Assembly (NCBI RefSeq): GCF_006345805.1 | Contig: NC_042999.1 | Span: 170,190,001 to 170,254,000, forward strand | Origin: Octopus sinensis | Taxonomy: Eukaryota | Reading direction: 5' to 3' | DNA: 64,000 bases | The notes under the pieces: generated by a model | Databases searched by the model: none | The model's input: the letters and a program-made list of their open reading frames with translations, nothing else | What the model was told of the DNA's origin: nothing | Made by a program: the position numbers and the translations under genes | In this document: positions 1 through 11,897 of the stretch, piece after piece | Layout of the letters: each line of letters starts with the position of its first letter | Position numbering within the stretch: position 1 is the first letter of the stretch

Positions 1-13
1 CATCTTTAGCAAT

Positions 14-535
14 TTAAAATTGTAAAACCCTGCATCTTAGGTTTTTCTGAAAAGCGAACAAAAGCTGTGAAATAGGAACCTGTGGTGGAGACTGCATATT
101 GGCAACGGAGACAATAAGGGGAGACTTTTTTATAAAAGCTTCAATTTTAAATATGGAAGTAATTGAAGTGATAAAAAAAAATAAAATAAAAAGGAAAAAT
201 ATATTTAGCAAGCAAGAAATAAATAGCTAGAACTATGCTAAAACTGGCAAAAATTATTTTTTCTTTAAGCGTCAAGTTTAATTTTAAAATACATTTTGCT
301 TCAGCGCATTAAATCAAAAAGATTAATTTTCCCCAATAAATATTTCTTTGGGCTGTTCCTTGTGATTTCTTTGTTGAACTGACTTTGAAGAATAGCCTTG
401 GGTGCCAGTTCAAATTTCTATATTGATTATTTACCAAATTGAATAAAAGAAAAAAACAAAATGTGAAAATTGCTCCGTAACAAGAACCTAAGAAAGACAA
501 GATTATCCTCAGCAAGTATTGTCAAGAAACTCAAC
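14..535 (-). pseudogene. C-terminal MEI1-like relics
   Basis: Acceptor tcagttgcag at 536-537; LLRSNFHILFFSFIQFGK*SI*KFELAPKAILQ vs [29 protein letters not shown]. The 14-165 segment matches only weakly. Confidence 0.5.
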
Positions 536-616
536 CTGCAACTGAAATCAATTGATTAGTAAAATAGAAAATAACAGCTTAACTGAAAATAATAGGATTT
601 TTATTTGCTGTTCAAT

Positions 617-1107
617 TTAATGACAATAGAGATGCACTGATATGCCATCTAGCGAACATCTTTTCTCTAATCAGATATTCTCCAAAAGAAAACTACCAAA
701 TTTGACAGTTCCTGTCCATTATAACCAATCTGTTTTCTCTAAATAAATCAAACAGTTCAGTAATGTAGCAAAGAAAAATACCAATTTTATTAACAGCAAT
801 ACAAACCGATCAGTTTGGTGAAGAGGAAGACCAATAGGTATTGAACTTTCTAAAATCAATAAGCATTTCTTGATGGATTAATACGCAAACAATCAACAGA
901 GAGAAGAATGCCACACCATACTTAATATTCCTTCCTACATTCAGTTTCAAAACAAAATGGAAATTAAAAATAAGCTACCATAGGATTATCAATATATAAC
1001 TTTTTTACAGAAGTACTAACTGTTGTTGCTGTTATAGTTATAGGCAGATGTACACAACATGATAAACAAGTGAATAGTGACATCTAAGAAAGGTTTCAGA
1101 CCAGGAA
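617..1107 (-). pseudogene. two MEI1-like exon relics (1021-1107; 617-849)
   Basis: The 87-nt phase 1-1 exon joins the next in frame. The second reads ...[33 protein letters not shown] vs [25 protein letters not shown], with two in-frame stops. Confidence 0.65.
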
Positions 1108-1584
1108 CTTCAATATGAACAAAACCATGTAATTAAAGACAACTAGGAGTGGAAAGAATACATGCTATATATATATATAGTGAGGAAAATATTGAAATGA
1201 AAATAATTAAATCAGTTACTTGTTTTAATTAGTATATTTACTAGCTCAGCAGTTGATTTCAAAGAACAACAAATCTGGAAAATTACTATCCAATGTGGTG
1301 CATATCCAGTTCTAATTTTTCCGATGAAACTTAGCTGGCTCATGTTAATACCACCAATTTTTAATTACCACTGAAGACATAGATTATAAGCCCTAACTGA
1401 GAGAACAGCTCCTAGATTGACCAACAAAAGCTAAAGTGAGGCAGAGGTAGTAAGAACCAACAAGTAATTACTGCAATGACCAAACACTAAGCTCACGGTC
1501 CTTAAAATAATTTAATGTAACTACAGATATTTGGAATTCGAACACTAACAAAACTTGAATCATGTCTCTATAATGGAAGCTTAC

Positions 1585-1973
1585 ATTGAATATGGCTCTG
1601 ATAGGAACTGGTCACTGAAATCACTGCTGTATAGCAGAAGATGGTAGCTTACCCTAAAATTAGTTTTATGCAGAGAACTGACATTGACCCATAACTGTAT
1701 GATGGTGCTTACATTTAGTCCGCTTACACAAATAAATAGATCCCTATTGGTTAGCCAACAATATTTAATTGTCTTAAAATCATGCCCAATGTTTATTTCT
1801 CTCACGCTAATACCAGACATTACAATACACAGGTTCATAAACAATGAAACAAACCTGACAGTAAGTTACCTGATATTTCCCTTTCCTATATACATTACAG
1901 AATGCAGAGAGTCACTACACTTACAAAGAGAAAAACATTCAAATACAATCAACACATTCATCAAAGCCAACAC
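1585..1973 (-). pseudogene. MEI1-like exon relic(s)
   Basis: Cluster of minus-strand GTAAG donors. ORF 1581-1844 contains SLHKTNFRVSYHLLLYSSDFSDQFL vs human [27 protein letters not shown]. Exact exon boundaries unresolved. Confidence 0.55.
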
Positions 1974-2629
1974 CTGGACAATCTGATCCAAGAATTAGTG
2001 TTTTTGGGCTTTGTTTCTAGTCATTTTTACACTTTTTTAGTAGAGTACATCTTAGAAGTCTATATCAGACTAAGACCAATTCCATCACACACTGATTAAA
2101 ACCTGCTACTAATAACCACATAATGCAGTATTACCTGCTCACAGATGACTAAACTAGCCCCTACAGAGCTTGTCTAACAAGGACAGGGTGAGGGTATCTA
2201 ATAGGATGAGAAGCTAAATCAGTTAAAAGCGAATGAGCTCCTTGAGAGTCAATTGTACCCGTGCCCTAGTGCCAATGGTATAACCAAGCCAATACAAATA
2301 TATTACATTAATACTAACGTAATTGTAGCATTAAGAAAGCCCAAGATTGAAAGAGGAGAGGGGAAAAATTGGTAAAACTAAAAATTCAATGGTGGAAGAA
2401 AAGCTATGGGAAAATGGAAATATAAAAAGTGACTTTCTACTACTTGGTTGTATGAACTTGTTGAGAGCATCAGCCAAAATTGCTTAATAATTTCTCTGTC
2501 ATCTTCTGAATTAGGAACTACAAGTTATGTCCTAAATCTCAAGCCAATCTAAATCACACTCCAATATATATATGTATATACATATATATATGTATATATG
2601 TATATACATATATATATAGGGAGAATTGA

Positions 2630-2809
2630 TGAAAAAAAAACAAGATGAAGACAGGTGGTGTAGAAAACAAACAGATGTATTAGTATAACGCTCGGGAATT
2701 GAAAAAGTCTTTTACACTTCAAGCCTATGCTCTTCCACAGAAAGAAACAAGAAGAGAAAAAAAATGTGTGTAGTAGCTACCGATCTATCATGGCGACTGC
2801 CGGACAGAA

Positions 2810-2810
<1 letters not shown>
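2630..2810 (-). mobile_element. solo PLE 3' tail, degenerate hammerhead-like motif
   Basis: Minus strand tctttctgtggaagagcataggcttgaagtgtaaaagac...cccgagcgttatactaatac, homologous to the 10.4 and 11.4 kb copies. Confidence 0.65.
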
Positions 2811-2847
<37 letters not shown>

Positions 2848-2862
2848 GTGATACTTATCACT

Positions 2863-3032
2863 ACAATGTTGAAGAATTGTTTGATCAGCAATCCTTGTGC
2901 TGTACATATTTGCAATGCCAGAGTAACAACAGAACCAAGTGTATGTTTCTTTCCCTATTGCAGAAACAACTACAGCAGTTATAAATATCATCGGTAATAA
3001 TCATAGAGACATGGCTAGCTTTCTTTGTCTTT
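2863..3032 (-). pseudogene. MEI1-like exon relic
   Basis: Acceptor ctcgtaacag; LAMSL*LLPMIFITAVVVS resembles [21 protein letters not shown]; TGA at 3001-3003. Confidence 0.4.
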
Positions 3033-6000
3033 CTGTTACGAGGAGAAAGGAATGGGGGTGGGAATACAAATAAAATGAAATTCAATAGAAAATTTGAAAA
3101 CACTAATAAGGAATTCTTACTGCTATTTAACAACCCTAATTAATTAAAATTATTTTTTTTCCTTATTGTAGAACATTTATATTATAACTACTAGGATTAA
3201 TTTAATTTTTGATTGAATTTCTCATGATAATTAAAACCTAAGAGCTAAATGGCTGGGATAGAAATCAACAGAGAGGGAAACCTTAAATTAGGGGATGGGA
3301 AGCTTTTTTTGAACAAGGGACAAACTGCAAGTGCTTAAGCACTTATAGGGACACAACACAGAGAAAAATAAATCTTTAATTTTACACATTCAATAGTTAA
3401 TACGGCTAATATCAAATTACTGTTATGCTGTTAAGGCGTAAGCTAATATTTTTGTATAGGTTTTTAAGAGAACTCTAACAACAGGGAGGGGAGGGTGTTC
3501 TCAAATTTCAATGTGAGTGAAATTTTAACTGTGGGCAAAGGGTTCCTCACCCATGCTTTGAGTGCTGAACCTGCTAGAAACAGCAGATGACACCCAACCA
3601 TTAATATATATATATATATACTAAAAGCAGGATGGTCAAGACTGAAACATTCAATCATATGTCTGTTTGAGTTACCAGAATTAACTTTGGGCTGAAAACA
3701 AAACCCCTAGAGAGGTTATTGTAATAACCCAGGGTTAAAAAAAAAAACACCTCCACCACCCCATTTCATTGTTCCAAAAATCATAACAAGATAGACTGTT
3801 TTTAAAGACAAATCAAATTCAACACTTTTATGTCGGCTTTCTTCACACTGCCAAAGACATAACATTTAAAGTTGGATGTTTTCTACGGCTGGATGCCCTT
3901 CCTGACATCAACCCTTACAGCTGGATCTTTTGTTTTGGAAACAAATAATGTCACTGACAAAGTAGTGCCTTTGAGAAGATATGCAGATACTAATACACAC
4001 ACACACACACAATACTCAGAGATATCTGTATTGGCTTCCATCAACAAGATTTCACTCACAAGGCATTGGTCCGCTTGAGGCTATAATAGCAGACACTTCA
4101 CCGGTACCAGGTGCCACAAGTAGACTTTTTAAATCTATGATAATATAACTCTCACATATTTGTTTAAAATTAAAAAGTAAAGGAGTTCTTTAAAATTTAT
4201 ATAGATTCCACTTTCTACTGAACTAGCAAATCTACCCATCTACGATGGAGGCATAAAATGAGGGTGGGGAGTTATAACAGCAGTATGTATTGAGAAATGT
4301 GTAAATGGACTTTGATAGATTGCTGGGTGATGTCTTCAAGAAATCACATTGTTGTTGGTGATACAGCAGTCTATGACGTCTTTGTGACTAAGTGCCATGT
4401 GATATGATTCTCTCCGAAACTGAAATAGGCTCCCAGCCTCTGCATCATGAATCGTTATGTGGACCACTCGTAATGAAAACCAGACACTATATACTGACAC
4501 ACACTTTTTCCAATTTATTTTCGCTATTAACCATCCTCATAACCCCCTTTGTATCTATAATGGCACCACGAACTATACAATGAAAATCCATAGTTACTCA
4601 TGGTTGGTGTATTTTTAATAAAAATGTGATGGTCGTTTATCAATTCAAAAACCGATATCCACAAAATAATCATACCTTCTGATTTTTTAATGCTGAAAAC
4701 CTTCCTGGCGACCATCTTTGTAATCCCCCAAAATATCTTAACCATTGGTCCAGTCAAGAAGAGGGAACAAAGAGATAAACATAACACCCATTATAGTAAG
4801 ATAGTAAATCTACCCATCTACAATGGGAAATAAAGGGATAGTATCGCAAATCTAAACCCCTGTAAATTCATGAACTATACAGGGGTGGGGAGGGGAATCC
4901 AGAATTAATCGTAGTTGCCAGAATTTTAGCAAAAAAAAATCAAAGTTGATTTATTAATACAAAACTCAATATCCACTAAATAATCATACTTTTTTACATT
5001 TTTTTCACTAAAAACTTTCCTGATTACCTCCTTTGTAATGCCAAAAAAACATCATGACCATTGGATTAGCCATTTGACCGTGAAGAGGAAACATAGATGG
5101 ACATAATGCTCATTATAGTAAGATGACCAACAGTTTTAAGTTTTTGATAGAATTTTTTAATGGTTTAGTTAGGGGAAGAAGGGCACAACCAGGACCTTCC
5201 TCAAAGCAACTGTGGAGCAAAAGGAAGTTATCACTATCCTTAGATTAGTCCTAACTACTTGCAATACAAAGACACCATTGAAGACCCCCAGCACACAAGT
5301 GAGATATTTTTGTTAAAGTAATACTAATTACTTTGTTGATTAATCCTTTTTTCTGACTACATTTCTAATAAAACTTACAATCTATACTCGTTTATATCCA
5401 TTTATACATTTCAGTCATGTGACTGTGGTCATGCTGGAGCATCACCATGAATATTTAAATTAGTTTTGTAAAATAATATTATTTTGGACAGATTTAGTAA
5501 AATCAGGGTCTTTTCTTTCTCATTATTAATCTGGAACTTATAACTTAAAAATTTTCAATAAAATTATGACAGGTTTCACCAAATTTAAGTATAAACATTT
5601 TAAAATGGTATGTTTTATATCATAGAACTAATGAAAGTCTAAGTCAGGTTGGTATTAAATGAGTTAATCATAATAAGCTTTCAGGTATTTAAAATGTATT
5701 TTGTAATCTAGTGTATAGCACCTGGGTATCTAAACCCAACAAATATTTAACCGTCATTTACCCTCTATGACATAAACTATAAATTTCAGATCAACCCAGT
5801 TAAATATAACAAACTTCACGAGTTGAAGGAACAGCAGCAAAACAACATGGAGTGAAAAAAAAAAGAAAAAAATTAACATAGCAATAGGAAATATTCAAAA
5901 AGAAAAATCTGCAGCTCATTTCATGTTCTACTCAGTGAAACCTAGATTTTGTGCATATGGAGAAAAGCCAGCAATCAAATAAAGGCAAGTTGAAGCATAA

Positions 6001-6090
6001 TGACCAAACGCGAGACGGGAATGAAGTTCAAGTGATGCAAGGCTTTACAAAGGGTGGGCGTTTTTCTTTTGAGAACAGTTTGGAAGTTAC

Positions 6091-6306
6091 CTCGTGTAGG
6101 GTTAGGACAATAGTCATGAAGAATGAGATCAATATTCTTCTCACAGCCCTCTCTCCTCATCTCACACTCACTATTGTAAACTCGGCCATCTGAAGCACAG
6201 ACTTCGCCATCCGAAGACAGGCTCTCATGACATTCGATGTCACACTCACAGACATTATTTTTACAAGTTGCACCATATGAACAGTTACTATTGCTCGTAC
6301 ACTGAT
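6091..6306 (-). CDS. intact internal exon encoding one follistatin (FOLN + Kazal) module; agrin/tomoregulin-like secreted or membrane protein
   Basis: ttctatttcag acceptor, GTAACT donor, 216 nt, phase 1-1, no stops. DQCTSNSNCSYGATCKNNVCECDIECHESLSSDGEVCASDGRVYNSECEMRREGCEKNIDLILHDYCPNPTR has all 10 FS-domain cysteines and the VCxSDGxxYxSEC Kazal motif. Confidence 0.9.
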
Positions 6307-7167
6307 CTGAAATAGAAATAGATCAATCACAAGTTAAGGTTAGACATTAGAGACTGAGTTACATATACTGTGTGGTTTGTGAGAGACTTTGTTAATGATA
6401 TAAAAAAGAGAGTACACAGAGAGCAGAATTAAGAAACCCGAGAGATAGAAGAAAAAATAAATAAAAATAAAACCTATGTACAAAAGATGATGTGATCCCA
6501 TTAAAAAAACTGGGAAAAAAAGCAGGTATAAGACTAATAAAGAAAAAGAATGTTAACGAAAGAGAAAATAAAATATAGGTTGAAGACGAATGAAAATAGA
6601 TTACACAAATGAGGGAGACTATTTTAATAAAGGCTGCGCATTGTCTAGATATTAAAAAATTATAAAGGGAAATAACTGGAAACAACTGGGTAAAAGTTAG
6701 TGGTTTGTAATAAAGTCTGTTAAGAAATGTGTTCCCTTAAAAAAATAAATAAAAATATCTTCTTCTACTCAATAAAAAAAAGTTTACAAAACTCTGCAAC
6801 CATCACACAATAAAAAGAAAAACAACCTGAAATTGAGCAATGCATATTAACTTCAACATCTGAAACACAAAACTAATAAGCATATTTGATTTTTAATTGA
6901 TAGTAGAAAAAAGAACACAAAAGCACAAAAATAAAATAAACAAATTTGGTTGTTTACACTAAAAATTATTAAGATGTTTTAAAAATATAATGCAAAAATA
7001 AAAAACAAAAATCAATACTTTGTTGTTATGCTTTTTTAAAAAAAGCCTGTTTTGTTAAAAATGATAGAAAATAAAAGGAAAAGAATAAAACTGGATATAA
7101 GATAGAGTTAGAATTATTGGATTTACATTTCCAGAAGAACTTCGGTAAGAGAAATGCCTAAAAAATT

Positions 7168-7549
7168 TAATTAGGCAACAAACACATCTTAGTTTGCAGA
7201 TCAAGATCATTTATTTCTCCTGGCAACCCTCTAAGATAGATTTTTATAAAGTGACTATAATATACTTGTTTGTGTCTGAAATAGACACAAGTAAAAAATT
7301 TGGAGAGCAAAGAAGGACAACTGATTTCATTAACCGCAATATGTTACTGGAAACTAGTGTCTTAAAATATGTTTTCATGGCTGGTAACCTTAAATATTAT
7401 ATACATGTACTTAATGATTCTCTCATCACTACTTCAACAGGTACAGTAGATTCTTTCTGCTTCACTGAATAATACTTAAACATGACCAGAATTTTCTCCC
7501 AGATTTGAGAGTCATTAAGCCAGAGCTTCAATGTGATGAAATATAACGC
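7168..7549 (-). pseudogene. two MEI1-like exon relics (7335-7549 and about 7168-7275) separated by a 59-nt intron
   Basis: [87 protein letters not shown] vs human [27 protein letters not shown]...PPLVVFKASIYLLAIC...[26 protein letters not shown]. Phase-2 GT/AG junction is consistent. Confidence 0.7.
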
Positions 7550-7740
7550 CTAATGTAGCACTATTTTGAAATTTACAGAATTATATATATATCTGGCACT
7601 CCATCAGTTACAACAACGAGGGTTCCAGTTGATCCAATCAACAGAACAGCCTGCTTGTGAAATTAACATGGGTCCCCGCAAACTGAGGTATTACTGTATA
7701 CACACCACACACACACACACATACATCATACATACATACA

Positions 7741-7776
<36 letters not shown>

Positions 7777-7828
7777 TATGTATATATACATATGTATATG
7801 TACATACTTATATCTAAATGTATATCTG

Positions 7829-8150
7829 TATATGCATCTGTTAGGCACAGGACATCACGAAATGTGTATAACAAAAAAATACGAAGTACAAGTACATGGA
7901 ATATGAACTATTTTTTCAAACAACAAAAGACACAAACGGAAAACAAGACAAACAATTGTTGTTAAATGCTCGAAATACGAGACTAGAAAAACAGCCAACG
8001 ACTGATGAAGGGTCATTCTTTATGTTGTTTGTCTTCTTTTCTATTTGTGTTTCGTTCTCCCCAAAAATAGTTCATATTCCATGTACTCGTACTTTGTATT
8101 TTTTTGTTATACATGTTTTGTGATGTCCTGTGCCCACATATGCATATATA
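7829..8150. repeat. about 320-bp foldback / MITE-like element
   Basis: Arms 7829-7915 and 8063-8150 are closely matching reverse complements (e.g. gtacatggaatatgaactattttt / aaaaatagttcatattccatgtac); weaker pairing continues inward. Confidence 0.8.
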
Positions 8151-9929
8151 TATTATTTATGTTATTATATGACTGAATGCCACGCATTCTCTTCCAAAAC
8201 CCTGGCCGCCCCATCGTCTCCGCCTGTAACTGCCCCACGGAGCTCATCTCTAAATACCTCGACCGTGTCCTTGCCCCCCTAGTGGCATCTCTTCCCTCCC
8301 ACATCCACGATACCAACCATGCTCTCCGGCTTTTCAACTCTTTCTCCTTTCCTCCCGGCTCCTCCAAAATCCTTTTTACTATGGACATCTAAAGCCTCTA
8401 TACTGTTATCCCTCACCACGAAGGACTGCAGGCCCTTCGACACTTTCTTGACCTCCGCTCCAACCCTGTACCTGACACCTCCACACTCATTCGTCTGGCC
8501 GAACTTGTCCTTACTTTGAACTGCTTCTCGATCGCGGGCGAGTTCTACCATCAGGTCTCGGGAGTGGCCATGGGAACGCGAATGGGCCCCAACTATGCGA
8601 ACCTGTTCGTTGGCTATGTTGAGGCCCAAATATTCTCTAATTTCACTGGTCCCACTCCTGAACTATATGGTCGTTACATTGACGACATTATCGGTGCCAC
8701 CTCACTCTCCCGTGAACATCTAGATTCCTTCCTCTCTTTCGTCCAATCTTTCCATCCAGCCCTCCACTTCACTTCCACTATCTCCAACACCTCTGTCTCC
8801 TTCCTCGACATTTCGGCTAGCATTCTTCACTCCACTCTTACCACCTCCATTCACTACAAACACAGACTCACACTCATACCTCAACTTCTCTTCCTCCCAC
8901 CCAGAACACACCAAGCTTTCCATCCCCTATTCCCAATTCCTCCGTCTACGTAGGCTCTGTAGTGACGGCCATGACTTTGAGACTCAGTCTCAACGTATGG
9001 CTCACCACTTCACCCTACGTGGATGCCCCCTCACCACTATCCACACCGCCCATGCCAGAGCATGGTCCGTGGACCGTGTATCTGCTCTCTCTCCCCGAAC
9101 CCGCCCTGTAGTCTCCCGCCTCCATTTTCCCTCACTTACCACCCCACGACCCTACCTCTCCAACGCACCATTCTTCGAGCTTTCCGTCATCTCCAGTCCG
9201 ACCCGTCCACTTCACACCTCTTCCCTAACTGACCCCTCCCCTCAAATGAGCCCACAACCTTCGAGACCTTTTGGTCCATAGCTCCTTCCCTGACCCTACC
9301 TCCCAACCCGGCTCGTTCCCCTGCTCCCGCCCACGTTGCCGCACTTGCCCTTACCTCTCCAACACCATCCTCCTCACTAGCACCCATCATCGACCCTATC
9401 CCATCATCCACTCCTTCACCTGCACCTCCAGCAATATTATCTATTGCGTCTCTTGCTCTCTCTGCCATTCCTTGTACATCGGACAAACGGGACGCCGCTT
9501 GGCTGACCGGTTCGCGGAACACCTTCGTGACATCCACCTTGCGAACGACACACCGGTCTCTCGCCATTTCCGCTCCACCGGTCACTCCTTGCAACACCTA
9601 TCTGTGTTCGGTTTGTCCTTACACAGAGGCCATCCGGATTCCCGTTTGCGCCGTGAACAGGAATTAATCTTCTCTCTTCGCTCTTATACGCCATTTGGTC
9701 TCAACTCTCCCCCCTCCTCACCTACCTTTCCCCCCGACCCCTACTTCTTCAGTCCTTCATCCTTTCACCCCTACTCCCCTTCCCTTCTTCCCTCTTTCTC
9801 CATCCCTCTGCTCCCTCACTCCCCTTCTCTCTCCTCCTCCCCCTCCTCTTCTCCCCCTCCCCCTCTTCTCCTCTCTCCACACTACACCACACGACTTTAC
9901 ACATCACATCATATATGATGTGCCATACT

Positions 9930-10260
9930 AATACATACACCAACTAATACATACTAATACATACTAATACATACACCAACCCTATACATACACACGTCCA
10001 GACCTCTCATACGCACTAATACTCTCTCATACACACACACACACACCCTTATACATACTAATACGTACTAATACATACTAATACATACACTAACCCTATA
10101 CATACACACGTCCAGACCTCTCATACGCACTAATACTCTCTCATACACACACACACCCTTATACATACTAATACATACACCAACCCTATACATACACACG
10201 TCCAGACCTCTCATATGCACTAATACTCTCTCATACACACACACACACACACACCCTTAT
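9930..10260 (+). repeat. minisatellite, three units of about 90-110 bp
   Basis: Repeated accctatacatacacacgtccagacctctcatacgcactaatactctctcatacacacac at about 9980, 10092 and 10183. Confidence 0.85.
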
Positions 10261-10422
10261 GTTGGAGCTGGTCACTCAACCCTATTATCTCCCCTAATTT
10301 CGCTCTCGCGTCTCATGTTTGATCTTTGACTTCTGGCCGAAATCAGATCGCCATGTTGGTTCGTTAGTTACTGCACGCATTTTTTTTCTCTCCTTCTTTC
10401 TGTGTTTTTCTCTCTCTGTGTA

Positions 10423-10460
10423 TCTTTCTGTTGAAGAGCGTAGGCTCGAAACGTTAAAGA
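10423..10460 (+). ncRNA. minimal type-I hammerhead-ribozyme-like motif (variant core) in PLE 3' tail
   Basis: TCTTT-CTGTTGA-A-GAGC(GTAG)GCTC-GAAA-CGTT-AAAGA: stem I, stem II, GAAA and palindromic ACGT are present; core differs from CUGAnGA at A6. Confidence 0.5.
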
Positions 10461-10557
10461 CTTGTTTTATTTATATTTCCTGAGCGTCATACTAATACAA
10501 TTGTTTGTTTGTTTTCCACTTGCCTTCGTCTTTTGTCTATTTTCATAAAGCTTCCCG

Positions 10558-10622
<65 letters not shown>

Positions 10623-10625
<3 letters not shown>

Positions 10626-10850
10626 TTTACTGCCCACAAGGGGCTAAACACAGATGGGGACAAACAAGGACAGATAAAGGGATTAAGTCGATTACATCAA
10701 CCCCAGTGCGAAACTGGTACTTTATTTATCGACCCTGGAAGGATGAAAGGTAAAGCCGACCTCGGCGGAATTTGAACTCAGAACATAACGACAGCCGGAT
10801 TACCGCTAAGCATTTCGCCCGGTGCTAACGTTTCTGCCATCTCGCCTCAT
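10623..10850 (-). mobile_element. tRNA-derived SINE family 1 (other copies 15705-15935 +, tandem 18505-18915 -, 48140-48280 -)
   Basis: Shared consensus ggcagaaacgttagc (A-box-like) ... gagttcaaattccgccgaggtcgactttgcctttcatcc (B-box) ... agccccttgtgggcagtaaagaa. Confidence 0.85.
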
Positions 10851-10999
10851 TCATTCATTCATACATACATACATACACACAAACACACATACATACATAT
10901 ATATACATCCTGTAAAGTCAGTGAGAGCACACCATACTTTAGGAAAGCATGTTGTCCAGTGCTTATTTTTCCGCACATTTTCACCCCCAGGAAACTAAC

Positions 11000-11108
11000 A
11001 ATTAATTCCATAGACAGGAACTTTTTTCAAACATTACCCAAACAAGTGAATCAATAGTTAATAAAATGCCTGGCATATTATTAACAAAAAGAAAATATAA
11101 GTATGTAT
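11000..11108 (-). pseudogene. possible additional MEI1-like exon relic
   Basis: Good acceptor (gtgttttacag) and donor (GTTAGT); hydrophobic YIFFLLIICQAF only weakly resembles YCILLLFYLAYI. Confidence 0.3.
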
Positions 11109-11404
11109 CTGTAAAACACCAATTCAAAGTGCAGACAAATCAATTACTTAAAATACAAATTGCAGGTCAGTCATGATCAAGCAGATTTAAGATCAAAAGG
11201 ATTTCAATCAGGATCATCCAATCTCTTGTCTATTTAGGAGTCTCTAGGAATACATGTTTCAATGTGTCCTTCCTTCTTTCAAGGTTGTAGGATGCGATTT
11301 GAAGGAGATTTGGTTACTATTTCTAGCAAGCCAAATGACCACATAAAAGCTCTCCCAGTGATTTTGACAAATATCTGTCATCTCATCTGGTAAATAAAAG
11401 TGAA

Positions 11405-11561
11405 ATGAAGTAACCACTTTTCTGTTTTCTGTGTCCCTTTCTGTAGAAGAGCGTAGGCTTGAAACGTAAAAGACTTTTTCTATTCCTGAGCGTTATGCTA
11501 ATACATCTGTTTGTTTTGTACATCACCTGTCTTCGTCTTTTGTTGTTTTTTTGTAAACTCT

Positions 11562-11565
<4 letters not shown>
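11405..11565 (+). mobile_element. solo PLE 3' tail with hammerhead-like motif (11437-11473)
   Basis: CTTT-CTGTAGA-A-GAGC(GTAG)GCTT-GAAACGTA-AAAG; same family as 10,340-10,557; ends in (TA)n. Confidence 0.7.
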
Positions 11566-11625
<60 letters not shown>

Positions 11626-11795
11626 TCATCATCATCATCAATGCACACTTACATGGTTATAGTATAATTTTTAATGTATTGACCGGTTTCGCAATCGCTA
11701 TTCATGATACAATGTTTAATTTATATGAAAATATATTTTTTCTAAAGAAGAAAATGGGTCCATGTTGTTTATAATGAGATTCACGAGTGAGTGAA

Positions 11796-11851
<56 letters not shown>

Positions 11852-11897
11852 TATTGATTACTCATCAGTTTGTGCTTCAAGTTGTATCATTTCCTAC

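Larger units (their letters stand above)
8167..10557 (+). mobile_element. Penelope-like retroelement (RT + GIY-YIG endonuclease), 5'-truncated, disabled
   Basis: RT motifs GRPIVS, MDI*SLYT (stop 8390-8392), GVAMGTRMGPNYANLF, YIDD; frameshifts near 8860 and 9120; GIY-YIG region CTSSNIIYCVSCSLCHSLYIGQTGRRLADRFAEH; 3' tail at about 10,340-10,557. Confidence 0.95.

Noticed and set aside
4340-4790. Possible Tc1-like transposase relic; also an RTE-like trace at about 16,850-17,200 and a PLE-like trace at about 22,700-22,930
   Set aside because: Only 4-6 residue motif hints across frames; too weak to annotate.
8107-9943. Minus-strand ORFs overlapping the Penelope element
   Set aside because: Antisense shadows of a GC-richer coding sequence.
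9930-10260. Spaced repeats resembling a CRISPR array
   Set aside because: Units are long tandem copies without unique spacers, with no cas genes, in eukaryotic context.
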